Positions 1-10,148 are shown, counted from the first letter of the stretch. The stretch is 64,000 bases of DNA from a bacterium (GCA_963693055.1 OY843751.1:3552001-3616000), one strand, 5' to 3'. Program-made: numbers and translations. Notes: generated by a model from the sequence alone, not told the origin.

Positions 1-2492
1 AATGAAGCCAGAGTCACAGGTACAATAGAACCCGCACCCGCGGTAACAACCGGTCTGATAATAAAATCATGAGAAGTAATACCGCTCAACCAACCTGAAC
101 TGGTAAAAATACAAGACCGGTTATCCGGTGTACCATTATTTGATTCACTAAAAATAACCAATTTATCAGCGCTATTTGGAATAGAAAGTACAATATGATA
201 ATCCTGCCCAGCTTGCACCATAGCGTGCGCATCAAGAAGATTAAAATAATGCATAGAATACTGAGAAACCTGGTCAGAAGCTATTGAAACGGTATGTGTA
301 CCAGACAACTTGGTGCCGGGCTTACTGTCAGAATTTGTCCAGATCTCAACATCCAGAGTACTAGTAAGAGGATGAACATCATAGTTTGATTGTAACATAT
401 ATGTATGCACATAAAACCCAGTCACTTGTCCGGTAATAGATGGTGTGAACCTTACAGAAACTTTGGGATATTCGTTCGTGCCATACCCCATACTGACAAC
501 ACCATCATAATCATCTTGCTCATCATAAACCAGCACTTCAGTTTCTGCAGAACTATTTGATTGTGCATCACCCATGGCTTTAAATACATTCAGTTTACCA
601 TAGCCCCATGATGGATCCCAGACAGTTGAACCGGTATAATCATCCAGGTCTGCATTTTCTGTAATGAGTGATAATAACTGGCTGTGGTCTAAATTGGGAT
701 TCTGTTCAAATAAAAGCGCAACAGCACCGGTAACAACCGGGCACGCCATACTGGTGCCCTGCATTAATATATGTTGTTGACCAGGCATTATTCTGCTTGT
801 TGAAGGAGAACTCCATTGTGACATTGCAGAAGCAATTTTATCACCGGGAGCTGCAATATCCGGTTTTTCACGATTATCTCTGGTAGGTCCAACACTGCTA
901 AAATCAGAAATTTCGCCTAAATACTGAGCAGAGCCTCCCCAATACATGTCACTGTTATAATTCAACCAATACCAGCGGTGTGTAGATGAAGCCACCGAAA
1001 TCACTTCTGCAGCGGTAGCGGTGTTGGTATATTCTGAATCAGAGCCGGTTAAATCAACTGAAGCATAATCGGTACCAATAACAGCATCAGTAAACCACAT
1101 ATGGTAGCCTAGATTCATACCATAGGTACTGGTTAATGTAAGTGTCCAGGTTCCAACCGCAGGATTGACATTTGTTACTCCATCATAAATTCTCACCGTA
1201 ACATAACGATCACCATTATTTCCATCCATATAATTCAACATTTTGACAGAACCGTCAGACCGGTCCGCATCACGGTCATCTCCAATAGTAGTTGTTACCA
1301 AATCACCATTGGGCGACTTTAACATTGCAGTAATATTCGCATTATCATCAAACCATACCTCAAACCTTAGATCATCATTATTGGTACTGCTTTCTGGTGT
1401 GTAAGAGGGAATGGTGAATGTTATGGTTGTTGAACTGTTTGCAGGTACGGTACCTGCTTTATGTATAAGATCGTTACCTTCATTACCCGCTGATTTTACA
1501 ACAGCCCTTCCCGCGTCAACAAACGAATTAATTGCCACACTGCTGTTATCTGTACCATCATGCGGACCACTTTGTGATCCCGCACTGTAATTCACAACAA
1601 CAGGTTTACCTAGAGACGCAGCTTTTTCTCTGCAATACGTCAGACCATCAATAAAATCCGAAGTGTAAAAACTTCCATCGCCTCCCTTAATAACGATGAT
1701 ATCCGCTTTGGGCGCCATACCTGCATAATTGATTGTTGCCAAAGAAGAGCCATTTCCTGCGGCAGTACCGGCAACATGGGTACCATGGCCATCAATATCT
1801 TTTTGGCGAACAAATCCGGATGTAACACCATTCATATCATCTTCAATTTGTGCCTGGTTATATTCCACTCCAAAATTACAACCGGATTCTGAAGGAGCAG
1901 TTTCACTGCCGGTAGCATTCAGCGTTTGGTCCCAAATGTAAAGGATACGGCTTTTTGTAGGATCGTCAGGATCACGAAAATCTCCATGTTCGTAATCGAT
2001 ACCCGTATCATAAATACAAACAATAACATCCTCACCTTGGTATTCTGTATTATTCAGAAATCCGGAATGCAGCATATCTGCACCAATCAACCCTCTGGTA
2101 ACGTCGTTATTGATTTTGTCAATTCGGTCTGCTCTCAGAGATTTAACACTGTTTAATGTTGCTGCAGATAACAATTGATCAATTGTAGCGTGGACCGTAA
2201 CAAAATTGGGTAAAATAGAATTAACCTGTATTCCTTTTGTTACCAGTTCTCCCGGATTTTGGGTATAAATAATTGCTCTGATTTGATCACTGTTTGCAAG
2301 ACGGGCATTTACATATGCCTGTGGAACAGATGTTTTATTTTCTGATTTATCAATCATAACACTTTTTAACTGCGGTTCAAATTTATCAACCTGCTCTGAA
2401 CTCAAAATATCGAACAATGGATTTTGTGCCGCATAAAGAAACATTGGCAGAATAATTAAAATACGCATACATCTTGCCACAAATGGAACCAT
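1..2492 (-). CDS. S8 subtilisin-family serine protease (Csp-like, with internal beta-sandwich insertion), secreted; 3' end truncated by window edge
   Basis: Not in the ORF track because it has no stop in the window. Manual translation from ATG 2492 (GGGAGG RBS) gives signal-like MVPFVARCMRILIILPMFLYA and catalytic-triad motifs VIVCIYDTGIDYEHGDF (~2000), DGHGTHVAGTAAGNG (~1780) and MQGTSMACPVVTGAVALL (~750). Confidence 0.9.
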   Translation of the reverse strand, partial: MVPFVARCMRILIILPMFLYAAQNPLFDILSSEQVDKFEPQLKSVMIDKSENKTSVPQAYVNARLANSDQIRAIIYTQNPGELVTKGIQVNSILPNFVTVHATIDQLLSAATLNSVKSLRADRIDKINNDVTRGLIGADMLHSGFLNNTEYQGEDVIVCIYDTGIDYEHGDFRDPDDPTKSRILYIWDQTLNATGSETAPSESGCNFGVEYNQAQIEDDMNGVTSGFVRQKDIDGHGTHVAGTAAGNGSSLATINYAGMAPKADIIVIKGGDGSFYTSDFIDGLTYCREKAASLGKPVVVNYSAGSQSGPHDGTDNSSVAINSFVDAGRAVVKSAGNEGNDLIHKAGTVPANSSTTITFTIPSYTPESSTNNDDLRFEVWFDDNANITAMLKSPNGDLVTTTIGDDRDADRSDGSVKMLNYMDGNNGDRYVTVRIYDGVTNVNPAVGTWTLTLTSTYGMNLGYHMWFTDAVIGTDYASVDLTGSDSEYTNTATAAEVISVASSTHRWYWLNYNSDMYWGGSAQYLGEISDFSSVGPTRDNREKPDIAAPGDKIASAMSQWSSPSTSRIMPGQQHILMQGTSMACPVVTGAVALLFEQNPNLDHSQLLSLITENADLDDYTGSTVWDPSWGYGKLNVFKAMGDAQSNSSAETEVLVYDEQDDYDGVVSMGYGTNEYPKVSVRFTPSITGQVTGFYVHTYMLQSNYDVHPLTSTLDVEIWTNSDSKPGTKLSGTHTVSIASDQVSQYSMHYFNLLDAHAMVQAGQDYHIVLSIPNSADKLVIFSESNNGTPDNRSCIFTSSGWLSGITSHDFIIRPVVTAGAGSIVPVTLAS

Positions 2493-2531
2493 CTTTGCCT
2501 CCCGAATTCGTTAATTATAATAGTATGAAAT

Positions 2532-2570
2532 AAAAAAAGCACATTGGAAAAATTTTTTTCTCCAATGTGC
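2532..2570 (-). terminator. Intrinsic terminator after the LamG gene
   Basis: GCACATTGGA/TCCAATGTGC 10-bp stem followed by T7 on the minus strand. Confidence 0.7.
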
Positions 2571-2619
2571 AAAAACTTAAAACCCCCAAATTGCTAAAAA
2601 CAATGTTAACCCCTGAATA

Positions 2620-3963
2620 TTATTTTAATAGTGAAACTTTTGTATATTTTGAATATCCACCAGTTTTCAACTTTACCAGATAAACACCACTTGCGGCATT
2701 GATTCCGCTACTTGTTTTCCCATCCCATTTAATTTCATGACGACCGGCAAACATACCATTATTCAAAAGGGTTTTTATTAATCGGCCCTGAATATCATAT
2801 ACCTGTAGCGAAACATTTCCATCCTGAGCTAGATCAAAAGTAATAGTAGTTTCTGGATTAAAAGGATTGGGGTATGCCGGATATAATTGATGGGTATCAA
2901 TCACTGATACCAGAGTAACATCTACAACCTGGCTATATTCTTTGTCACCATTTACGGCAACGTTAACAATACAATACTGATATGTATTATCACTTTTAAC
3001 TGATTCATCAGTATAGGTATATTGAGTGGTGTGGGATACAGTTCCCTGTCCGATTAATTCAGAATTATATGTATAGCTATCAATAGTCTGCCATTCAGCA
3101 CCAACACCCTGACGACGCATGATCTCAAAACCCAGATTGTCAGTCTCACTTGCAGTAATCCATTGCAATTCTACCGCTTTACCGTCTTTAACAGGATTGG
3201 CCTCAAACAGGGCCATCTCTACGGGTAAAGAAAGATCTCCATTGACAAACCAGGACCAACCTGGTCCTGTTATTGTACCATCATTGCTGCCATAACTATC
3301 AGTAGCACTGCTTCCGGAGCCATCATCAAATTTATAATAAGAAACCATATTGGCATAGTTGGGGTGTGAAGCCGTCACAGGGGCATTCTTCCAGGTACTG
3401 ATAGTTGATTGGATTAAAGCTGTATTCCATATTCTTACTTCATCAATATCACCAATAAAACCTCTGGCAGTATCAGATGGACGTTCAGCAATCAATAGAT
3501 TATTTGCGGTTGATGTAATCGTAGTTGCTGTAAATGTGCTATTCCCAGCACTCACTCCATTAATATAAATATAAATAGCAGTACCATTAAATGTAACAGC
3601 AACATGGCTCCAAACCAAAGGAGTTAGAGGTGAAGTACTGTAAACCACTTTTGGGCCAGCTTCGGTATTTATAACAACTAATACTGTTTGTTCAACTTCA
3701 TTATAAGTTACAAGGCTAACATTCACTCCTGTAGAAGCCTCATCACCATCAGAAATAATTACTCCTGCACCACCTACAAGAAAATAATTTGTTTCATTGG
3801 GACGTACCCAGGCTTCAACTGTCAAGCTTGAAGTTGGTAAAAAGGTTGCACCACAATCGACATAATCATTTCCCGCAAAATCAATTGCCCATCCAGCACC
3901 CTGAGCATATAAACCGGATGACCACAATAGTAAAAGGATAAATACAGTAATCCTTGTTTTCAT
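2620..3963 (-). CDS. Secreted LamG-like jelly-roll protein with C-terminal FlgD-Ig/T9SS-like sorting domain
   Basis: Start ATG 3963 with GGAGG RBS and a signal peptide (MKTRITVFILLLLWSSGLYA). LamG motifs TVEAWV, WSHVAVT, IYINGV, GDIDEVRIW. C-terminal PVEMALF..WITASETDNLGFEI and YPNPFNPETTI..WDG..SGVYLVKL. Confidence 0.8.
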   Translation of the reverse strand: MKTRITVFILLLLWSSGLYAQGAGWAIDFAGNDYVDCGATFLPTSSLTVEAWVRPNETNYFLVGGAGVIISDGDEASTGVNVSLVTYNEVEQTVLVVINTEAGPKVVYSTSPLTPLVWSHVAVTFNGTAIYIYINGVSAGNSTFTATTITSTANNLLIAERPSDTARGFIGDIDEVRIWNTALIQSTISTWKNAPVTASHPNYANMVSYYKFDDGSGSSATDSYGSNDGTITGPGWSWFVNGDLSLPVEMALFEANPVKDGKAVELQWITASETDNLGFEIMRRQGVGAEWQTIDSYTYNSELIGQGTVSHTTQYTYTDESVKSDNTYQYCIVNVAVNGDKEYSQVVDVTLVSVIDTHQLYPAYPNPFNPETTITFDLAQDGNVSLQVYDIQGRLIKTLLNNGMFAGRHEIKWDGKTSSGINAASGVYLVKLKTGGYSKYTKVSLLK

Positions 3964-4145
3964 AACGTCCTCCGAAAAAAATCTACAAATTGTATGCACA
4001 TGCATAAAAAAATCAATATATTGAAATTACTAATTTTTAATTCAACAGTCAACAAATAAAATTGAACCACCATAAAAACACATTCAACTCACTAAATATA
4101 TTGAATATACATATTATTGCAATCCATTGCGGATCTGTTTCAAAT

Positions 4146-4185
4146 AAAAAAAAGCACATTACTGCAAATTGCAGATGTGCTTTTT
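4146..4185 (-). terminator. Intrinsic terminator after thiI
   Basis: AAAAAGCACAT...ATGTGCTTTTT inverted repeat with inner CTGCA/TGCAG stem, just downstream of the thiI stop. Confidence 0.7.
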
Positions 4186-4199
4186 CCAGGTCATACAAT

Positions 4200-5414
4200 C
4201 TATTTTTCAGGGAAATATAGAATTTCCAAATCTGCTTCTTTTACTGCATTTTTCAACAATTCTTCTATATTTTCAATATTGCTTTCTGCTTCATGCACCT
4301 CGTCCAGTTTTGCATGCGTTTCGGGACTTTTAGGGAGTAAGTAGCTGCAGCAATCATCATAAGGTTCAATCGAGGTTTCAAAAGTATCCAGTTTTTGTGC
4401 CTGCTCTATAATATCTTCTTTATCCGAACCAATTAACGGTCTTAGAATAGGTAAATTTACCACTTCGGAAATGGCTATAATATTATCCAATGTCTGGCTG
4501 GCAACCTGCCCAACGCTTTCACCGGTAACAAGCGCTTTTGCTCCTTCTTTATAGGCAATCATTTCCGCGAGTCGATACATCATTCTCCGGTACATAATAA
4601 TGCGCAGTTTGGGTGGCGTGTTGAGAATAATAGCTTCCTGGATTTTTGCAAGAGGCACAAAATAGATCACACTCTTGTACTGATACTGTGTCAATTTTTC
4701 CGCAAGTATGCGGGTATTATACCAGGATGATTTTTCCGTAAAGGGGAAACTGTGAAAATGTACAAACACCACTTTGCAACCACGTGTCATCATTCTGTAA
4801 GCGGCAACCGGAGAATCTATACCGGAGGATAACAAACTAACCACCTTACCGCTGCTTCCTACTGCAAGCCCCCGAATACCTTTAATCCGCTCAAAAGAAT
4901 AATATATTTTATGGTTAAATATTTCTATTGTACAAGTAAGTTCGGCATTTTTCAGGTCTACTTTTTTATGCATGCCCTCTACTACTCTGGCACCAACGAT
5001 CTGATTTACTTGAACAGAACTGATAGGATAATCTTTATCTGCTCTTCTTGTATTAATACGAAAACTCTCAAAGTCCAGATCTTTGATTTTTTCATAAACC
5101 TGCTCCTTTAGCACATCTACATCCCAATCACCCCGATATGCAATATTAAAATGAGCAATACCAATCACTTTGGACAACCGTTCGCTTACCTTGTTTAAAG
5201 TAGATTCATCATCCATAAAGATAAACATACGTCCATAATCATTTCGCACACGAATCCCCGGTACATCACTCACCGCCTTTTTCATACTTTCCTTGAGTCT
5301 TTTTTCAAAAAAGTTGCGGTTCTTTCCTTTTAGCCCCACTTCACTATAGTGCACCAGAATACATAAAGATTCTGTATTTTGTATTTCTGTCATAAATCTT
5401 TCCAAATTTAACAT
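4200..5414 (-). CDS. thiI: tRNA 4-thiouridine(8) synthase ThiI (THUMP + PP-loop, no rhodanese domain)
   Basis: HYSEVGLKGKNR, PP-loop LLSSGIDSPVA, TGESVGQVASQT, RPLIG, PYDDCC. Start may be ATG 5393. Confidence 0.93.
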   Translation of the reverse strand: MLNLERFMTEIQNTESLCILVHYSEVGLKGKNRNFFEKRLKESMKKAVSDVPGIRVRNDYGRMFIFMDDESTLNKVSERLSKVIGIAHFNIAYRGDWDVDVLKEQVYEKIKDLDFESFRINTRRADKDYPISSVQVNQIVGARVVEGMHKKVDLKNAELTCTIEIFNHKIYYSFERIKGIRGLAVGSSGKVVSLLSSGIDSPVAAYRMMTRGCKVVFVHFHSFPFTEKSSWYNTRILAEKLTQYQYKSVIYFVPLAKIQEAIILNTPPKLRIIMYRRMMYRLAEMIAYKEGAKALVTGESVGQVASQTLDNIIAISEVVNLPILRPLIGSDKEDIIEQAQKLDTFETSIEPYDDCCSYLLPKSPETHAKLDEVHEAESNIENIEELLKNAVKEADLEILYFPEK

Positions 5415-5418
5415 TCAT

Positions 5419-5462
5419 AAAAAAATCCCTCCTGCGGATTCTATCCATAGAAAGGATTTTTT
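5419..5462 (-). terminator. Intrinsic terminator after fadF
   Basis: Minus strand AATCCTTTCTATGGAT-aga-ATCCGCAGGAGGGATT-T-tract; the stem pairs well only on the minus strand, through G-U wobbles. Confidence 0.6.
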
Positions 5463-5488
5463 AATAACAACATTACTATTAAAAATAT

Positions 5489-7477
5489 CTAGTCAATGGA
5501 TTCTGCAACAATCTGCGCAATATCCTTAACTGTAAGTTTTTCTTCCAGTCCGGTTTCATTGATACCGTCTGCAAACATGCTCATACAAAATGGACAAGCA
5601 ACACCTACAGTAGAAGCGCCACAGCTTTCAGCATCTTTGACACGAATATGGTTAATACGCTGTCCTTCTGTTTCTTCCATAAACATGCGTCCACCACCTG
5701 CACCACAGCAAAAGCTCTTGTTGTGCGAGCGTTCCATTTCTACAAAGCCATCTTTGCTGGCAGCTTTTAGCACGTTACGGGGTTCATCATAAATCTGATT
5801 ATATCGCCCAATATAGCAAGAATCATGGAAGGTTATTTTCCCATGTCCATTTGCATTGATTTTGATTTTGCCCGAGCTGACCAGTTCATTGATCAATTGT
5901 GTATGATGAATCACTTCATAATGGCCTTCAAATTGAAGATATTCATTTTTGATCATATGAAACCCATGCGGGCAGCATGTAACAATCTTTTTGAATTTAT
6001 ATTGTTTAAATACTTCAACATTCTGTTCAGCATTCATCTGGAATAGGTACTCATTACCTGCACGGCGAGCAGGATCGCCACAGCATCCTTCTTCCATGCC
6101 CAGAATGGCATAATCAACACCAGCGGCATTTAATATTTTTGCAAATGCTTTTGATATTTCTTTACCACGATCATCAAATGAACCGGAACAGCCTACAAAC
6201 CAGAGATATTCTGCTTCCTGCTTTTCAGACATTAGCGGTACATCTAGCCCTTCAGTCCAATCTGCACGGGTACTGCTTCCCATATTCCAAGGATTCATAT
6301 TGGTTTCCAGACCTTTAAAAGCAGCATTCAATTCCTGTGGAAAATTATTTTCCATCATCATTTGCGCGCGACGCATTTCCAGAATGGTTGGAATATGTTC
6401 GTTAGATACAGGACACGTTTCCATACATGCACCACAAGTGGTACAAGCCCAAATTTCATCCTGGGTTATCCATTTTTCCATAATCGGTTCGGAAATTTCT
6501 TTGCCGCCCAAAATATTATCGCTTTCATGCATCATGTGTTTACGGAGACTCATCATAACAACTTTGGGAGATAAAGCTTTATCGCTTTGAAAAGCAGGGC
6601 AAACATCCTGGCAGCGGCCGCAATCTACACAGGAAAAAAAGTCGAGATTGTTTTTCCACTGAAACTGGTTAATATTAGTTGCGCCAAATTCTTCTACCTG
6701 CTCAAAATCAATCTTTTGCAAAGTGCCAATAGGTTCATGGGTACGCAAAAAGATATTAATGGGTCCGGCAATGAGGTGAAAATGTTTGGAATGAGGTATA
6801 AAAACCAAAAATCCCAAAACCATTAAAATATGTGCCCACCAGAACACTGCATTGGCAACCTCTAAAGAGTTATGAGACATACCCTGCAACAAAGGTACAG
6901 TAGCACGTGTAAATGGCATCCATGCGGCAAAAGACTGGCCATCATGTAATATAATTTCAGCAGCCTGGTTGAGTAAATAGGTAACCATCAAACCAAAAAT
7001 AAATGACAGCACAATTGCGCTTTGAGGAGATTTGGAGATCTCGACAGGTTTTGTAATACCATCGGGTTTGAAAGCAAAACGACGAATGCCCATATATACA
7101 GAACCAACAATACACAAAATAGCTACTATATCTACACCCAGAAACCATATATCATTAACAACATTCTTTCCAAACAGAGAGAATCCCGGTATCCATGCAC
7201 CCACAACATGGTTTATGGTTGCAACAGAAAAAAAGGCAAATCCATAAAAGATAAAAGCATGCATAATACCTGCAACCGGTCTGTCTTTGATTGAACAAAG
7301 CTGAGACATTACTTTGCCAACCACATAGGTTAAACGACCAACCGGATTGTCCAAACGGTTTACGTCTTTTAAACCCGATTTTACAAGACGATAACGCTTA
7401 CGCACCTCTAGTGAAAAGAAAGCAACTGCCGCAGCAATACACAAAAGCAAAACGATTTGACCAACTATTCCCAACAA
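5489..7477 (-). CDS. fadF: Membrane-bound Fe-S oxidoreductase, FadF/HdrD-like (TM domain + 2x[4Fe-4S] + CCG domains); probable ETF:quinone oxidoreductase
   Basis: N-terminal TM helices with His residues; CVDCGRCQDVCP and CTTCGACMETCP; CCG motifs GCCGDP and CCGAGGG; directly downstream of etfBA. Confidence 0.8.
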   Translation of the reverse strand: MLGIVGQIVLLLCIAAAVAFFSLEVRKRYRLVKSGLKDVNRLDNPVGRLTYVVGKVMSQLCSIKDRPVAGIMHAFIFYGFAFFSVATINHVVGAWIPGFSLFGKNVVNDIWFLGVDIVAILCIVGSVYMGIRRFAFKPDGITKPVEISKSPQSAIVLSFIFGLMVTYLLNQAAEIILHDGQSFAAWMPFTRATVPLLQGMSHNSLEVANAVFWWAHILMVLGFLVFIPHSKHFHLIAGPINIFLRTHEPIGTLQKIDFEQVEEFGATNINQFQWKNNLDFFSCVDCGRCQDVCPAFQSDKALSPKVVMMSLRKHMMHESDNILGGKEISEPIMEKWITQDEIWACTTCGACMETCPVSNEHIPTILEMRRAQMMMENNFPQELNAAFKGLETNMNPWNMGSSTRADWTEGLDVPLMSEKQEAEYLWFVGCSGSFDDRGKEISKAFAKILNAAGVDYAILGMEEGCCGDPARRAGNEYLFQMNAEQNVEVFKQYKFKKIVTCCPHGFHMIKNEYLQFEGHYEVIHHTQLINELVSSGKIKINANGHGKITFHDSCYIGRYNQIYDEPRNVLKAASKDGFVEMERSHNKSFCCGAGGGRMFMEETEGQRINHIRVKDAESCGASTVGVACPFCMSMFADGINETGLEEKLTVKDIAQIVAESID

Positions 7478-7517
7478 AACACTCTCCTTAAATAATATTG
7501 ATAATAACGAAATACTG

Positions 7518-8483
7518 TTATTTCAACTTTTTCATTTCTTCTGTGACAGCAGGAAGCACTTGAAACAGATCACCAACAATACTGTAATCCGCACGTTTTA
7601 CAATAGGTGCTTCAGGATCTTTATTGATAGCCACAATGCATTTTGAACCAGACATTCCCGCCCAATGCTGAATTGAGCCGGATGCACCAATCATAAAATA
7701 CAATGAAGGAGAAACCACTTTACCGGTTTGACCAACCTGTTCATCATGGGGACGCCATTCAGCATCAACAACCGCACGTGTGGCACCCACTGCACCACCC
7801 AGCGTACTGGCAAGTTCTTCAACGAGATTAAAATTTTCAGCAGAACGTAATCCGCGTCCACCGGTTACAATAATATCAGCATCAGCAACATCCAGCTTGT
7901 CACCACCGGTCTTTTTCACTTCTTTAACGGTTATTTTTGATTCAACGGCAGGTACATCCATAGATTCCACAGCACCGGCTTTGGCATCTTTGACCGCTTC
8001 AAACATACCCGGGCGTAAAGAGATAACTTTGACATCACCTGCAACCTGAGCATTGGTAAACACTTTGCCCGCGTATAGTGAACGTTCAACAACAATATCG
8101 CTGCCATTCACACTAATGCCAACACAATCAGAGGCTACCGTTACACCCAATGCTGCTGCAACACGTGGAGCAAGATCGCGTGTTTGCGCAGTTGCAGAGA
8201 ACAAAACAATATCTAAAGATGAATCCTGAGCGGCTTTAACAACAGTTGATTTATATACATCAGGATTATATTGTTCAAGAGCAGCATTTTCAGCAGTAAT
8301 AACAACATCAGCACCATATTCGCCCAATACAACAGCTTTATCAGCAACGGACGCGCCCATAACCAGCGCTTTTACATCAGCACCTGAACTATTGGCAATT
8401 TTACGGGCCTGAGAAACCGCCTCAAGTGATGCTTTTTTCAACTCACCATTTTGAATTTCTGTTACAACAAGTATAGTAGACAT
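7518..8483 (-). CDS. etfA: Electron transfer flavoprotein alpha subunit
   Basis: GGRGL, VGATRAVVDA, QVGQTGKVVSP, GASGSIQHWAGM, AINKDPEAPI. Confidence 0.96.
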   Translation of the reverse strand: MSTILVVTEIQNGELKKASLEAVSQARKIANSSGADVKALVMGASVADKAVVLGEYGADVVITAENAALEQYNPDVYKSTVVKAAQDSSLDIVLFSATAQTRDLAPRVAAALGVTVASDCVGISVNGSDIVVERSLYAGKVFTNAQVAGDVKVISLRPGMFEAVKDAKAGAVESMDVPAVESKITVKEVKKTGGDKLDVADADIIVTGGRGLRSAENFNLVEELASTLGGAVGATRAVVDAEWRPHDEQVGQTGKVVSPSLYFMIGASGSIQHWAGMSGSKCIVAINKDPEAPIVKRADYSIVGDLFQVLPAVTEEMKKLK

Positions 8484-8512
8484 TTATCTAGACCTCCGGA
8501 TTTCTGAAATAA

Positions 8513-9265
8513 TTATATCACTTTGGCTTCTTCACGAAGCAGTCTTACGAGTTCTGCTGCGGCATCTGCACCTTCACCAACAACTTTGCCATCCTGACGG
8601 GCAGGTGGATAACTCATAGTATCAATTTTAATGGTGTCATCATCTACACTAGCAGCTTCTTCTGCAATCTGTTTTTTCTTTGCCATCATAACACCACGGA
8701 TAGAGGGATATCTCGGTTCGTTTAAACCTTTTTGGCAGGTTACAATACAAGGTAAAGACACTTGCACAACTTCAGTTCCGCCTTCAATCTCACGCTCGGC
8801 TGTAATAGAGCCGTCTTCAACATCCAATTTAGTCACAACCGTAACACAGGGAATGCCGAGCAATTCACCCAACATGGGTCCCAGTACCATATTGCCATCA
8901 TCAATGGTTTCTTTACCCATCAAAATGAGATCATAATCCAGAGTTTTAACTTTTTCTGCAAGCAGCTTGGCGGCTGACAGGCCGTCAATGGAATAAGCAT
9001 CATATTTCAAATGCAATACATCATCAACACCCATTGCAACAGCGGTCCGTAATGCTTCCTTGACCCGTTCGGGCCCCCAACTGATTGCGGTAACATTTTC
9101 AGCTTTGCCGGCTTCTTTAATTTTTATAGATTCTTCAAGGGCAAATTCACAAAACGGATTTACAATAAATTTAATACCAGCTTCGGCAATGCTTTTTTCA
9201 TCGGAACCGATCTTGATATTTGCTTCAGTATCAGGAACTTGTTTAATACACGCTAAAATTTTCAC
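8513..9265 (-). CDS. etfB: Electron transfer flavoprotein beta subunit
   Basis: Likely GTG start at 9265 (GGAGG RBS); CIKQVPDT, NPFCEFALEE, LNEPRYPSIRGVM. Confidence 0.95.
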   Translation of the reverse strand: MKILACIKQVPDTEANIKIGSDEKSIAEAGIKFIVNPFCEFALEESIKIKEAGKAENVTAISWGPERVKEALRTAVAMGVDDVLHLKYDAYSIDGLSAAKLLAEKVKTLDYDLILMGKETIDDGNMVLGPMLGELLGIPCVTVVTKLDVEDGSITAEREIEGGTEVVQVSLPCIVTCQKGLNEPRYPSIRGVMMAKKKQIAEEAASVDDDTIKIDTMSYPPARQDGKVVGEGADAAAELVRLLREEAKVI

Positions 9266-9316
9266 ACAAACCTCCAGTTCATTTTTCACTGTTCTACAGC
9301 TAACCTGTAAAGGAAT

Positions 9317-9345
9317 AATATATAAAGCCATGACAGGAAAGTCAA
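9317..9345 (-). promoter_or_regulatory. Sigma70-type promoter for etfB-etfA-fadF
   Basis: TTGACT (9345-9340) - 17 bp - TATATT (9322-9317). Confidence 0.65.
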
Positions 9346-9353
9346 ATAATAAT

Positions 9354-9366
9354 TGAATGAAATTCA
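9354..9366. promoter_or_regulatory. Putative TetR/FadR operator (TGAA-N5-TTCA) upstream of the etfB promoter
   Basis: TGAATGAAATTCA; same palindrome as three sites in the fadR-fadL intergenic region. Confidence 0.6.
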
Positions 9367-9379
9367 GGCAATTACCCGA

Positions 9380-9958
9380 TCAGGCGGCTATGCCATCCAG
9401 AATAACTTTGATTATCTGATCTGCAGAATCTTCAAGGTCAATCTTTCTGGATTTTGACAGGGTCCAGTTCATAGAAATCTGATCAAGAGCGCCAAATAAA
9501 ATCTGCTTAAATATTGTAGGATGAATTTCTTTTTTAAACTCGCCATTGGTTTGACCCAATATAAAAGCTTCGGAAATAATGTTCAAATATTCTTTATACT
9601 TTGTACCATTATAACCATGAATAAACTTGCTGCTCTGGCGCAATTCAAGTTCAAGCAACTGTGCCATATCCGGTTTTTCACGCACCATGGTCAAATGCCC
9701 CGTAATAAAGGCCTCAAGCTTTTCCCGTGCAGTCTTTTTTCGCAGCAGATTGTTCTTCATATTATCTATAATAGGTACCATTTCTTCTTCAAATATAGAA
9801 ATCAAAATATCGTCTTTATTTGTAAAATATAAATAAGTTGTACCCGTAGCAACGCCAGCTTGTCTGGCAATTTCTTCCACTTTGGCGTTAAAAAAACCGT
9901 CACGTGCAAAAACTTTAATTGCAGCCTGTAAGATTTTGGTACGTTTCACTGTGTCCAT
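9380..9958 (-). CDS. fadR: TetR-family transcriptional regulator, Bacillus FadR(YsiA)-like
   Basis: HTH IARQAGVATGTTYLYFTNKDDILISIF; C-terminal QLLELELRQS resembles the YsiA-type domain; context etfBA-fadF and fadL. Confidence 0.75.
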   Translation of the reverse strand: MDTVKRTKILQAAIKVFARDGFFNAKVEEIARQAGVATGTTYLYFTNKDDILISIFEEEMVPIIDNMKNNLLRKKTAREKLEAFITGHLTMVREKPDMAQLLELELRQSSKFIHGYNGTKYKEYLNIISEAFILGQTNGEFKKEIHPTIFKQILFGALDQISMNWTLSKSRKIDLEDSADQIIKVILDGIAA

Positions 9959-10009
9959 GAATTTCTCCGGATTAGAAGTAATAGGTGTTTGTATAAATTA
10001 CAAAAATTA

Positions 10010-10148
10010 TGAGTGACATTCAAATACAAAATTAATGAAGCGGCTTCATTTAGACTCATAAAGTAACCGAGATTTTCCACTTTGTCAATATTTAATATTG
10101 ACAAAGCCATATTTTTTTGTTAACATTACAAAATATGAAGCAAATTCA
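10010..10148. promoter_or_regulatory. Divergent fadR/fadL promoter pair with three TGAA-N5-TTCA operators
   Basis: Palindrome CTTTGTCAATATTTAATATTGACAAAG (10080-10106) holds two outward-facing TTGACA boxes. -10 boxes TAACAT (10121-10126, +) and TACTTT (10065-10060, -) both lie at 17 bp. Operators at 10010-10022 (one mismatch), 10036-10048 and 10136-10148. Confidence 0.75.
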
